Made by a program: the position numbers and the translations under genes. Shown in pieces: positions 11,041-23,585 of a stretch of DNA of 64,000 nt; the first letter of the stretch is position 1; every line of letters starts with the position of its first letter. The notes under the pieces were generated by a model. It saw only the letters and a list, made by a program, of their open reading frames with translations, was not told where the DNA came from and searched no databases. This DNA comes from Octopus vulgaris (Eukaryota). Location of the stretch: assembly GCA_951406725.2 (NCBI GenBank), contig OX597816.1, positions 5,022,001 to 5,086,000 on the forward strand, read 5' to 3'.

Positions 11041-12949
11041 CTTGGGTTTCGAATATAGACAGAGGGTGACAGATTTTCATGGAAGGATAAAGTCTTTAAT
11101 ATCAGCCATCAGCTCCCTCCACCTCATTCTTACCTGGCATTAATTCCTTGATTTTATTGACTGTGGAAGGAAAAAAAACTAGCAAATCTACCCTTTCTCT
11201 TTTTTTTATTACTTCACACCTGGATTTTAACACCTGCATATTATGAAATTGTAAAGCACTTAGTCTAAAACTATGTCATAGTTTACATCACTTGCCTACA
11301 GTTTTAAGTGATGGTACCCTTATTTCTTTTCTTTGTGTATATCTGTGGGTGTGTGTCAGTGTTGTATGTGTTTGTGTTTAGGTGTGTGTGTGTGTTGTGT
11401 GTATGAATATGTTTCAAAAATCAGTTTTAGTCAGCAGAAATCTTTACTGGAAACCAATAGTTTAAAAGTTACATCTATCTGGACTATGTTTTATCTACAA
11501 AAACGAAAGAAGGACAAAGAGGGGTGGGGAGGGGTGCGGAGCAAAGGGACGTAACTCAAGTGGGCCAGTATTTTTATCAACAGAGCGGAGTAGCATCAAA
11601 GACAGAAACGAAAGTGTAAAGCAGATTAAAAGTATAACCGATTCCGCGATTCCTCGACATTCTGTGACCTATAAGAGGAACCAAGACTAACAAAGGAAAC
11701 GAGAAATCTATGCTAACACACAATTTGAATGAAAGCAATCTGCTAAGAACTCTGGGCTTTGAGATAAAGAAAGCGAGTAAACACACCAAAGAACATTTGA
11801 TAATGGAAGATTGAAATATCAACTCGAATATATTTAAATGGTTGTAGATCTATCATATATGGCTATTATCATACCGCAGGTACGCTGCTTGATAAGTGAA
11901 TCCGTAATCTGTTATTAAATTCTGGTTGTAGCGATTTCTCTTGCGTTAATGCAGTTAAATTATTGCTGGGGAAGATATGAACGCAGCGAAACACCTAATT
12001 CACTTTGTTCTAAATATCTTAGATTTATCATCGCTTACGGAAAAAGCGAAAGAAAGTGACCCTATTGTGTCATTGTTGAACCTCTTCGACAAAATTATTA
12101 ACAAGTTTCTTCTTGTGATTTTTCAAAGTATATTAGTTATATAACGGTTTCCCATTTCTCTACACAGTTCTTTCCATTTTTATTGACCACTGCAGGGTCT
12201 TTTGAGCTGCAAGGGTTGGATGGTAGATGGTAGACAAGGCAATGCTCTATAATATGGTCTGCTTCTCTATAAGTTGTTTGGCAGGTCTTTTAGCTCCAAC
12301 TGACCGAAGCAACTTTTGACCATCTTGTTTTCATTGTCAGGCAGTTGAGTGTCTTCCCCAGTGCTTCTGAACCAAGAAGGACGTCTTCAGCAGAGAAGCG
12401 ATTCCCATGTTAATTGGAGAAGGGTCATCCTTGAACATTTCCATCCATAAAAAGGTGGTGTTCATCACTAATAGCCTTTGTCATCTCAAATGGCCACTTC
12501 CTTTTGGGTCAACAAATGCCGCAAGACCCTCAGTCTGGAACAAGAAGAGAGGCCAATGCTGCTTTTACAATCAGGACTGACCACCATATCTTTGCACGTT
12601 GAAGAGTTAACTATAAGCAAGGAATGTCACTAAGATTTTATATATCATTGGCAGTGACACTTGGCTGGTATGTGGCATGCGAACAGCTGTCACTGATGAA
12701 ACACAGTTTGTTGAAATCACAGGATCTGCCATTTTCAATGCTCTTAGCTGACAATTATAAATATGCACTTTTATGCACCATGCATCCATATGATGGATGG
12801 TGATTTGCCTCAGTGTTTGGTGTTCCAACAAAACATCCACATCCATTTGGATATAAAAATTACAAATTCATTGCTTTAAAGTAGATCAAAATAAAAATCT
12901 ACCCCCAACATTTCATGTACATTTATACTCTAAATGACCACTTAGTAAT

Positions 12950-13168
12950 CCTTTCTACTCTATGCACAAGAGCTGAAGTTTTGTGGGAGGAAGGGGGCTA
13001 GTCGATTAAATCAACCCCAGTACACAACTGGTACTTATTTTCTTGACCCCCAAAAGGACGAAAGGTAAAATTTACCTTGGTGAAATTTGAACTCAGAACA
13101 TAACGATTGTAGAAATATTGCTAAGCATTTTGCCCAAAATACTAACAATTCTGCTAGCTTGATGCCTT
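12950..13168 (-). mobile_element. SINE family M, diverged, alternative tail
   Basis: Core and B box recognisable. Confidence 0.6.
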
Positions 13169-13210
13169 AATAATAATAATGATGATGATGATGATGATAA
13201 TGGCAGTTAT

Positions 13211-13382
13211 AGGCGCAGGAGTGGCTGTGTGGTAAGTAGCTTGCTTACCAACCACATGGTTCTGGGTTCAATCCCACTGCGTGGCATCTTGGGCAAGTGT
13301 CTTCTGCTATAGCCCCGAGCCGACCAATGCCTTGTGAGTGGATTTGGTAGACAGAAACTGAAAGAAGCCTGTCGTATATATG

Positions 13383-13415
<33 letters not shown>

Positions 13416-13630
13416 TTGTGTGTCTGTGTTTGTCCCCCTAGCATTGCTTGACAACCGATGCTGGTGTGTGTTTACGTCCCCGTCATTTAGCGGTTCGGCA
13501 AAAAGGAGACCGATAGAATAAGTACTGGGCTTACAAAGAATAAGTCCCGGGGTCGATTTGCTCGACTAAAGGCGGTGCTCCAGCATGGCCGCAGTCAAAT
13601 GACTGAAACAAGTAAAAGAGTAAAAGAGAG
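13211..13630 (+). mobile_element. tRNA-derived SINE, family C (CORE-like ACCTTGGGCAAGTGTCTT; internal (TA)n(TG)n; (GTAAAAGA)n tail)
   Basis: GGCGCAGGAGTGGCTGTGTGGTAAG...GGGTTCAATCCC with A/B boxes; many copies in the window. Confidence 0.85.
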
Positions 13631-14664
13631 AGTTATTCTACTAAATTCTTAAGCTGAAACAAAAGCAGTGTTTTTGAACAGCCATGTGGCAACAAAACGG
13701 TTGAATTCTGTCCTTAATTTTAATATTCCTCTGTGAAATATATTTCTTTTACTCTCTCAATCCAGGATTAATTTCAAACGAAACTGCTTTTTCATTACAA
13801 AGCAGTTGGAACTCAAGATTACTTTAATAAAACTTACTGGGGAACCTTATACAGCAAGATCCGTTTACAGGGCAATCTTGTAACATGGAGTGGATGGGTG
13901 GCTGATGTACGGAAACAGAATTCCTGCAATTTAATTAGCTATCATTGAGAAAAGATTGGAAGCATTCTACTCAGCGGATTGTTTATATATATTCTTCCCG
14001 GAACCAATCTATTGGCTTGTAACTATTTCACTGATATCTGCAGCTAGAATAACATACGAGTCAGAGAGAGGATAGCTATGAAGATGAGTTTAATCATTCG
14101 CATGTATTGATCTACGGTTACTATGGTGAGCGTACTTATGTACATAAAGAACTGATTTTAAATGTCTTCCAGCTGTGGTTTATCTCAGAAGCAGCAAATT
14201 TCTATGAGAAAACAGCTTTTGTTTTAGGCAAATGTTTATGGGATAGGATTGTCAAGAAGTACTTCCATAGGGAATTCTCTTGTTAGGATTGCATCTCAGT
14301 GGTTTTATGTTATAAAAATATCTCATCTCGGAGTCTGATGAGAGATGGATGGTTAAATTAAGCAAATGTTTCAGACGAAGCGGACTAAATTGGATGGAGA
14401 AATTGATTTCTCTATTGCAATATCCATCGTTCGGTGGAGCTGTATTGGACTGGCTTCGGCAAAGCTCTGGACTTTGATTAGTTGTTTATGTTCAATATGA
14501 TGGAGGCAAACACTAGATAAACTTGCTCTACGCAATAACACACCAACATACCAACATGTAGCTCTGCACTGATGCTACATGAGATGAGGAAGAAGCTGTA
14601 ATCATATTTGCACAACTGTTCAAAGCAGTGCCACATGTGCACATCTTCAAAGCAGGAATATACA

Positions 14665-14866
14665 AACGCACACACAGATATATTAATCTATTACTCTCAC
14701 ACACACATACACATGCATGCTTACACACACACACACATGTGTGCACGCACACACACACACACACACACACGTGTGCATGCATTCACACACACACAAATAG
14801 ATATATTAATCTATTACTCTCACACACACATACACATGCATGCTTACACACACACACACATGTGTG

Positions 14867-14897
<31 letters not shown>

Positions 14898-15270
14898 GTG
14901 TGCATGCATTCACACACACACACACAGATATATTAATCTATTACTGACACACACACACACACACATACATACTTATACACATGCACACACAAACACACAC
15001 ACACATGCTCATGTGTGCATACACATACACAAATAGATATATTAATCTATTACACACACACACATACATACTTATACACATGCACACGCACACACAAACA
15101 CACACACACATGCTCACGTGTGCATACACATACACAAATAGATATATTAATCTATTACACACACACATGCATACTTACACACATGCACACGCACACATGT
15201 ACGTGCACACACACATGCATGTGCACCCCCCACCACCACACACACACACACACACACACACAGATACATA
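14665..15270. repeat. Minisatellite: 5 copies of AGATATATTAATCTATTAC embedded in CA-rich units of about 105-128 bp
   Basis: Core at about 14677, 14799, 14926, 15035 and 15139. Confidence 0.85.
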
Positions 15271-15705
15271 CATATTCATATGTATACTTGATACTGACGG
15301 ATATGAACATGAAGTAATGTGTTATCGATGTGGGCATGGCTGCGTGGTTAAGCATTTTGCCTCCCTACCAAATGGTTTCAGGTTCAGTCCCACCTTGCAG
15401 CACTTTGAGCAAGTGCCTTCTGCATCGACTGGAGCCCCTTCTGAGTAGATTCAGAGAATGGATTTTGAAGAGAAACCTGTCAGATGAAAGTGTGTTTGGG
15501 TGTTGTCATTTGACACTGTATATGTTAATTACAAACAAACATCATCATCATCATCATCATACAAAAGGTGTTGACTGTTTGCAACCTGCCATGAAAACAT
15601 GTCCGGCCACAGAGAAAATACTAGCTTGCTTGGAAGAAGGTGAGGAAAGGTGACAGGAAGCAAGAATGGAAAAGTGGATATTACAACAATGATGTATGTA
15701 TATAT

Positions 15706-17033
15706 GTCATTGTTCAGTTATATTTCAAGATTTCTTGCCAACAGAGAAAGAGCTGGTTTCTAACCTAGATTCAAGGCTCCTTCATTGGAATTTCAACATC
15801 AACAACAGGGTATGTATGTATGTATGTATGTATATGTGCAGATTTGCATGTTTTGTTTTATGTATGTATCCTCATGTATATATTTGCATATCTAGACAAG
15901 CTCAGATATATTTTTACAGATTCTTACAGTTCCAGTGATGGTTTGGACCTGTAGTCTTCGAATTAGCTTTCTCCTTTCTGGTTTTGAGAAGCCTAATTTC
16001 TCAAGGTTGGTATTTAGGCAGTGTATTACAAATCCCAGGACACCAATAATTACTGGTATAAACCTAACTTGTAATCTGGATAGAGTAACTGAAGATTTTT
16101 CAACAGTTCAGCATAAGTGTTCTCTTTTTCACTGATCTTCAGCTTTATGTTAACATCCACTGGGCAGCTAATTTCCACAACTGTACACAGTTTCTCTTCT
16201 CAATCCCAAATCATTATATCAGGTCTGTTGTGCTTACATTTTATTGAGGTCTTCACTGAGACATTCCATCAGTATTCCTTTTTATTATGAGTGGTTATGG
16301 CTTCTACCATATTGTGGTTTCTTATTTCTTTGTCCTCGGGATTATCCTTCCAACGGATTTCATTATAGAGTGTCTTAGCTACAACATCATGTCTCATCGG
16401 TAGATAATACCGTGACGACATTTTCGGACAACCACTTATGATGCGGGTAATATCTTCAGTGTGAACTCCGCAAAGTCTGCATCATTTGTTACATTTTAGT
16501 GCTTTTCCTGCATCTCTGTCCCTTTTGTGCATCATGTACTTGGTTGATATTTCCTGTTCCTGGATTGCAAATGCATACCCTTCAAAATGAGAGGTAGTAA
16601 TCCAACTATTGGTCCATGATAAACTGCTTTGATGATCGATATTACTATTGTCACGGAGCCTTCTGCTAACATATCCTTGCATAGTCTTCTGCTCATATAG
16701 GCTCATCCTTTCATCTAATGACATGTTGCGGTGAAGTAGTGCGACTTCTTTGGGCTTGTATTCTTAGTTATCAGACAAAGAGTGTTGCTCAAGGAGCTGC
16801 CTTCCAAGTCTTATCTTCCAGCCTCATGTATGCAAACTTGGTCAAGGGATGCATTTCGATACTTGTTGGTTAAAAGATGTTCCCGAGGGGATATGATGCG
16901 ACATTCAAAGGCATTTTGGATTGATGTTAAGCTTCTTCTGCCTTATTTAGGTAGAGGTGGTCTACGTCACTGTTTATGTGGAAATTATATGTGATTGTAT
17001 TTTTCGGGTTTTCACATCAATGGCTCGGATCTC
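15706..17033 (-). mobile_element. Dong/R4-like RLE non-LTR retrotransposon, internally deleted and decayed, inserted in (TACA)n
   Basis: EGYAFAIQEQEISTK, CRLCGVHTEDITRIISGC, RHDVVA, RPDI..WD, VEISCP, IPVIIGVLG, SITGTVRICK motifs; 3' UTR contains (CATA)n; TATG repeats on both flanks. Confidence 0.85.
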
Positions 17034-17344
17034 ATGTATACTTACTTTTTACTTTTTTACTTTTTACTTGTTTCAGTCATGTGACTGTGGCCATGCTGGA
17101 GCACCGCCTTTATGTATGTACATCTGTATGTATGTATGTATGTATGTATGTATGTATGTATGTGCGTTTCTCTTTGTGTTTTATCTAAGTTCTTCTTTAG
17201 AGAGTTCAAGTCAGTCGCTAACAAAACGACAATACTTCTGGAGTTTCTGGTGTTTGTAAATATGTGGTTGAGTTGGTTGAACTGTCGATGCATAACACCC
17301 AAATGTATGCATCTATTCACCTAAAGATTCTCAAAGGGAAAAAT

Positions 17345-17780
17345 CTTTAGAATGTCTTACAGATCTTCACTGTGCCACTTATAGATTAGATTTGGAGAAT
17401 CCATGTCAGTTTCTTTCACTCTTTCTTTTTAAAACCTTGTATTTCTAGGGGTTTGTGAAAACTTGTTAGTACCCAACCTCATACACCTATGATGATAGGT
17501 ACAAATGAGAATTCAAAGCTAGCGTACAAGAGCTGTAAGTTCCACATTAATTTACTGTAAATGCTCTTTTTTCCCCTGGAATTTTGATGGGTCATTTATA
17601 TCTGTTAGTGCATGTCTTTTGTTCCTTGCTCCACGGAACCATATCAGGTATGCTGTGATTGCATTGGGTCACTGTTTTTATGGAAGTGTTCCACAAGCAT
17701 TCCTTGTTTTTAAAGGTGTGAATACATCCTGGTTCAGACACACCTTTGATGTATACATCAGGACAATCCTTCCTGTGGGC
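17345..17780 (-). mobile_element. Older Dong/R4-like RLE fragment
   Basis: FSFVPIIIG...SISGTVKICKTF C-terminus with stop codons. Confidence 0.55.
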
Positions 17781-18989
17781 ACATAGAATTACATACTAAA
17801 AGACAGAAGGCTTATACATACACACACCAACTGGTTGTAATATCTTGCAGTAGGATGTTAGTGAAGATGCATTCAAATCTCGTCAAGACTACTTAATCTT
17901 TAATCTTTACCATGTTTGACAGATTGAGATTAAACTGATCTTGTTCACATCTGACAGAGTAATTAATGTAGAACAGTTGAGCAATACCGAAATGTCAGAT
18001 TCTTTTTCTTCTTCTCCTTCACTTTAAACTTATCCAAACCCATTAACCTCTCTCTCTCTCCATTTATTTTCTTTCTTACGCAAACCACAACCAGTTTTCC
18101 CAGGCGTTATATTCATACACCCATCCTCATTTATCACAAGGTAGGGTTAAAATAATAATAAAAAAAAGAACAATGATAGATAAGTCAGTGACAAACAAGG
18201 CTCCGCGTACAGGATTGAGTAATATTTTTCATATCTTGACAGAATAATCATTAATTTATATAATACAAACTGAACTAAAGCACAGTTGCTATGAAGGTGA
18301 AATCCTACCATGGAACATGACATGTTCACCAAAGTAACATAATATTTACTATCAACTCCTTTTCACATCTATTCTTGAGGGAAACGACTTATTTTCCAGT
18401 CAGGGAAACAAATAATAAAGTAACGATGAACTTTGATTGAGTAGAGGCTTTTTTTTTTTTTTAAAGAGAAAACTGTCATTTTTTTTCTGTTTTAGCATTA
18501 GCAAACCAAAAGTTATGTATTAGCATTCTGATTTATCAAGGCTTAAGCAAAAGACTCAAACAGGAAAAAAAAAAAAAAATTAAAACCATTCACAGATGTA
18601 AAAGAATTTAAAATAAACAAAACATTCGTTAACAAGATTGAAGTCAAAATCTCAAAGTTTAAATTTAATATTCTCTTGGAATCCCTTCATATATTTATTT
18701 TCTTCTCTTTTGTATTGCTGGCTTACAATGACAGAAAATTGAATTAATTCAATTTGTCATTTTGTAATAACTAAATCTTGCTATACCTATTAAAAATTAT
18801 TTTCCATACTGTATAAGCTCAGGTGTCACTGAGTGATTAAGCTTGCTTCCCTACCATGCAGACTGGGGTTCAATTCCACTGCATGGTACCAAGAGTAAGT
18901 GTCTTCTTATATAGCCCCGTGTTTATCAAAGCCTTGTGAATGGATTTGGTAGATGAAAACTGGTAGATGAAAACTGAAAGAAGGCCACA

Positions 18990-19028
<39 letters not shown>

Positions 19029-19363
19029 GGGATTGGTAGGACATCCTGTATTAGAAAGTCTGCCTTAACAAATTCTACCTGAATCATGTTAGCATGGAAA
19101 GGGAGACATTAACGGATAATGATGATGGTGACTGCCTTGTTGTTGCAAGACCTACAATAACTCTGGTGTATGCTTCTTTCATCATCATCATCGTTTAACG
19201 TTCGTGTTCCATGCTGGGAAACCATGGAGGCTGCACCAGGCTCCAGTCTGATCTGGCAGTGTTTCTACAGCTGGATGCTCTTCCTAATGCCAACCACTCC
19301 GTGAGTGTAGTGGGTGCTTTTTACATGCCAGACGAGGCTGGCAGCGGCCACGATTGGTTGGTG

Positions 19364-19871
19364 TGACAGATATTTGTCCTCATCTTGTTTGTTCTTAACA
19401 CATTTCATCTGATATACCCTCCAGCCTTCATCAGGTGTCTTGGGGAAATTTCGAACCTGGGTTCTCGTTCCTAAGCTATTTTTTGATGTTATCCTTATTA
19501 TTATTATTAAAATAATAATTCAGGTTACTGCCCGGAATCGAACTCAGAATCTTGGGGTTAGTAGCCCACGCTCTTAACCACTACACCATATGCCCATGGC
19601 ATAATGGTTAAGAATGCAGGCTACTAACCCCAAGATTCAGAGTTTGATTCCAGGTAGTGACGTGAATAATAATAATAATAATAATAATATAAATAACATC
19701 AAAAAATACCTTGGGAAAGAGAACCCAGGTTCGAGATTTCTCTGAGTCACCTGATGAAGGCTAGAAGGTATGTCAGCCGAAAGGTATGTTGACAACAAAA
19801 CGGGGACGAAAATCCATCAAATGTAAATAACGTAAATAATGTACGTAATTACTTGTCTCTTAAATATAGAA
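19364..19871. mobile_element. Family P hammerhead SINE, head-to-head inverted dimer
   Basis: Minus copy 19364-19596 and plus copy 19597-19871 meet at ATGCCCATGGCAT; both arms carry CTGATGA...GAAA motifs. Confidence 0.8.
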
Positions 19872-20464
19872 AAGTATTTAGTGATATAGTGAGTTAAAAG
19901 ATTGGCTGGGGAAAAACATCCCCTTTGTCATAAAATAACTGGAGCATTGAAGTGGCCAGCAGTTTTAGATCTTGTTTAGTTCTAAGAATGAAGCCATTTA
20001 CAAATAAGGTAAGAAAATAGTTTTCTTTTATGTAATTATGTTTTTATGGGACGAAAGGGAGTATCTATATTCTTTAGTCTGACAGCTTATATTTTGTATG
20101 GTACACCATTGCTTTCATTATTTAAGGTCTGTTTTCTGTGCTGGCATGAGTTGGATAGTTTGACAGGGTCTGATTAGTGCCAATGTCACCTTTGGCATGT
20201 TTTCTATGACTGGATACCCTTCCTGAAACCAACCACTTTACAGTGTGTACTGGGTTTGTTTTACATGGCACCAGTGCTTATGGGGTTCCCAAATAACTTG
20301 CAAAACAGAGTTAAAAAGCAGGAAAAAGAAGCAGAGAAAACCCCCGTTGACTAAATGAAGGGAAGTATTTGAGAATGGGTGGCTTTATGCTAAATGTTAA
20401 GAGGTTATAGTATGACTGAGGGGTAAGCACAGGCGATATATTAGCTACCCTACATTATAGTGAG

Positions 20465-20592
20465 AATTTACAAAAAAAGAAAAACAAAAGACGAAGACTG
20501 GTGTGTAAACAACAAACAGATATATTAGTTTAATGCTCAGGAAGTGAGAAGTCTTTTATGTTTTGAGCATACGCTCTTCGACAGAAAAGGGT
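20465..20592 (-). mobile_element. Short pLTR-like element, family Q, with variant hammerhead-like motif
   Basis: TTT-CTGTCGA-A-GAGC[GTAT]GCTC-AAAA-CATA-AAAG; homologous to 36770-36950 and 54398-54575. Confidence 0.5.
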
Positions 20593-21409
20593 GGATGGGT
20601 GTAGCTGGATAAAAGATAAGTTGGTAGCAATAAGATGCCAGAACAAACTCCCAAAGTACAAAAAGGGGAGCATAAGAGAAGATACTGACAATAGATCAGG
20701 AGGTGGAGTATTGTGGCAAGAAAGGGTGATCCGAAAATAAAGTTAGGTACCAAAAATGTAAAAGAGAGAAGGAAATTACATATGTCAGATGCATAATTAC
20801 ACCATCATCTCTGTGGTTTTTAATGTGTGTAGTGATAGGTTTTATTCTTTTCATCAGTGTTGTGGGACAAAGTGATGAGGAAGAATCTAGAGAAGTTGGA
20901 CCTCACTGAGGAGATGACAAAGGACCAAGATTTCTGGCGATTTGCTGTGCTTGAGAAGCCATATCATCATTATCCTCCTCCTCCCTATCATCATCGTTTA
21001 ACGTCCGTTTTCCATGCTAGCATGGGTTGGATGGTTCAACCGGGGTCTGGGAGCCAGGAGGCTGCACCAGGCTCCAGTCTGATCTGGCAGTGTTTCTACA
21101 GCTGGATGCCCTTCCTAACGCCAATCAATCGAAGTAAAATCGTGACCATCCACACATGCAGGTATGTCCTTTACAACCATGCCCCCTCGCCATTCCCTCT
21201 TTCAGCTGAGAAGTCCTTGTCTTGTGGGCTCACAGGTGCTGGTGCCACAAAAAACACCCATGCCAGTGTCACATAAAATGCAAACATGCCCGTGTAATGT
21301 ATATATCACTTGTGCTGGTGCCACATCCACTCTGTAAAGTGGTTGGTGTTAAGAAGGGCATTCAGCTGTAGAAACCATACCAAAGTAGAAACCGTACCAA
21401 TCATCATCG

Positions 21410-21712
21410 TCATTGTTCGGCCGTGGTCGAGACAATGGAATTTACTATGTTACGCGGGACTTCACGGTCCATCATAGCATTACGGAGGTCCTGTTGCTGG
21501 ATGCCTGTATCCCTGGAGATTACATCAGGGTAGGAGATTATGCACCCTCTGGTATCGCAAGCAGATGGCTTCCAGAGGAGAAAAGTAGAAATTACCTTGT
21601 TTTCAGCTCTACAACAATGTCCAGCAAACTGGACTCTTCTACCTTTCACAAAAGATGATACAGGTGATAGTTTCCCATATATTTGTATGTTGGATGACAC
21701 TTCCACGAGAGA
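21410..21712 (-). mobile_element. RTE-clade LINE 3' fragment
   Basis: RRVQFAGHCCRAE...LLWKP...DVISRDTG...DLRNAMMDRE, a typical RTE C-terminus, followed by (GAT)n. Confidence 0.7.
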
Positions 21713-22913
21713 TTTTGAGACTATTGGAACCTGGTGCAGCTCTCTGGGTGGCCAGTCCTTCTAAAACTGTCCAAACCATGCCAGCATGGAAAACGAATGT
21801 TAAATGATGATGATGATGTGGAGGAAGAGATGGAATACTTCCTTTAAAACATCATCTCTGTTGATCCCCAGATCACTATTAAATATTTATTACACAAAGG
21901 ATTCCAATGTCTGTATTCACTTCTTATCTTGGTTGCTGCGATTTTGTGTCTGTTAGAGTCGAGCAGAACATTGGACCACAGCTGTAATAAAGGCTTGGGA
22001 GTTTCACTCTGACCTTAGCACATCTAACTGACACCAGATACAAGAAGAAGACTAAACAGTTAAATGTCATGTTCTTACAAGAACAGAATGGGAATAACAG
22101 ACAGAAACCATATTCTCTCAGTCATAAATTCTCATATTTGAAGCATTGTTATTATCAAACTACATCTCAAATTTTGGTTTTAAAAAGGAATGCAGACATG
22201 TTTTATTTCAAAGAATAGAATTGCTTACAGACTAGAATTTAAGTCAGAAATATTAACTTTCAGGAAATGTATTCCATGTAGAATCACCAAAATTATGAGC
22301 AGAAGCAAAATCAATTCCAGAGAAGTGGAACAACCAATGAGGTAATAAAGGTTATTCAGTAACAAAGGGATTCCCATAATATCTGGTACCTAAGTCTGTT
22401 TACTGTTGGATAAAATCCTACGAAATACGTATTAAATTTTAGTTTAAAAAAGGGGGGAAAAAACAACCACTTAAAAACACTGGTTTGGAAGATATTTGAT
22501 GGAACAAGTTGAGGAGGATTTTAAACGTGGAAACTGTCAAAATGATGTTTTCATTTATTAAATATCTCATTTGAGAGTAAATAAAGATGACACTCGGATC
22601 CATTTAAGTAATCTTTCTTGAAATTCCTAAATTAGGAAAAAAAAAAAACAATTTGGAATGCCACCTGATAAGTGATGATTCTAGAAATAGGAATCAAAGA
22701 TTCTTTTTGATTATTTTAAATATTTATTGTATAGGGTGGTGTTTTTTTCTTTCTTACACTTTAAAGTAATTATTTTCTCTCTCTTTTTCTTTTTTTTTTT
22801 GGCTTTTGGAAGACTTTCACTTGGAATGAAATCTATTCCTGGTGCAACATAATTTCCCTTGAAATAGGAACCTTCTTCAAACAGAATTTTCTTTGAAGTG
22901 TAATCATTGTCAA

Positions 22914-22946
22914 ACACACACACACACACACACAAACACACACATA

Positions 22947-23026
<80 letters not shown>
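22914..23026. repeat. (CA)n microsatellite
   Basis: Seen directly. Confidence 0.95.
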
Positions 23027-23028
<2 letters not shown>

Positions 23029-23585
23029 TGCAAGCATTAAAGAAATGTTTTCAGATTTTGAGGATAATGGCATTAAATGAGATGGCAAAGTAATTACTAA
23101 GATTTCCAAACGAGAGGAAATACATTGTTAAAACTAATGATCAGGGATTCTTAAAAGACAGAAAGTCCCTGCCAGCAGAAAGGACTCCATCACCATTAAA
23201 ATCACCCTAATCGATCGATAAGTCGGAATTGATACTATTTTAATATTATTTATTTTATTAAAGTAAAAGATGAGTCAAAAATTAAAATCTGTCTTTAACC
23301 CTTTCAGCCGTGGCTCCCTGTGTTTAGTTTTACCCTCTACAAGGGCTCCCAAGTCAAAATATAAATAGTGGCATATACAGCACAAGGGGAACAATTTCAG
23401 GTAATCTAATGGGGAGAATTGGCCACACCTTCTTTCTCTTTGTTTGTCCTCTCTGTGTTTAGCTCCTTGAGGGTAGTAAAAAAAATAGGTATTTCGCCTG
23501 CCGTTACGTTCTGAGTTCAAATTACGCCGGGGTCGACTTTACCTAGCATCCTCAGAACTCAGAGCGTAAGGGCAGACGAAATACC

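Noticed and set aside
9810-11400. Diverged ~130-bp direct repeat (~9812-9935 and ~11212-11335)
   Set aside because: Probably two old copies of a dispersed repeat; no termini or coding signal to classify.
12180-12850. Possible decayed transposon coding remnants (also ~13850-14480, 30450-31100, 41880-42170, 49190-49560, 50700-51100)
   Set aside because: No motif I could identify with confidence.
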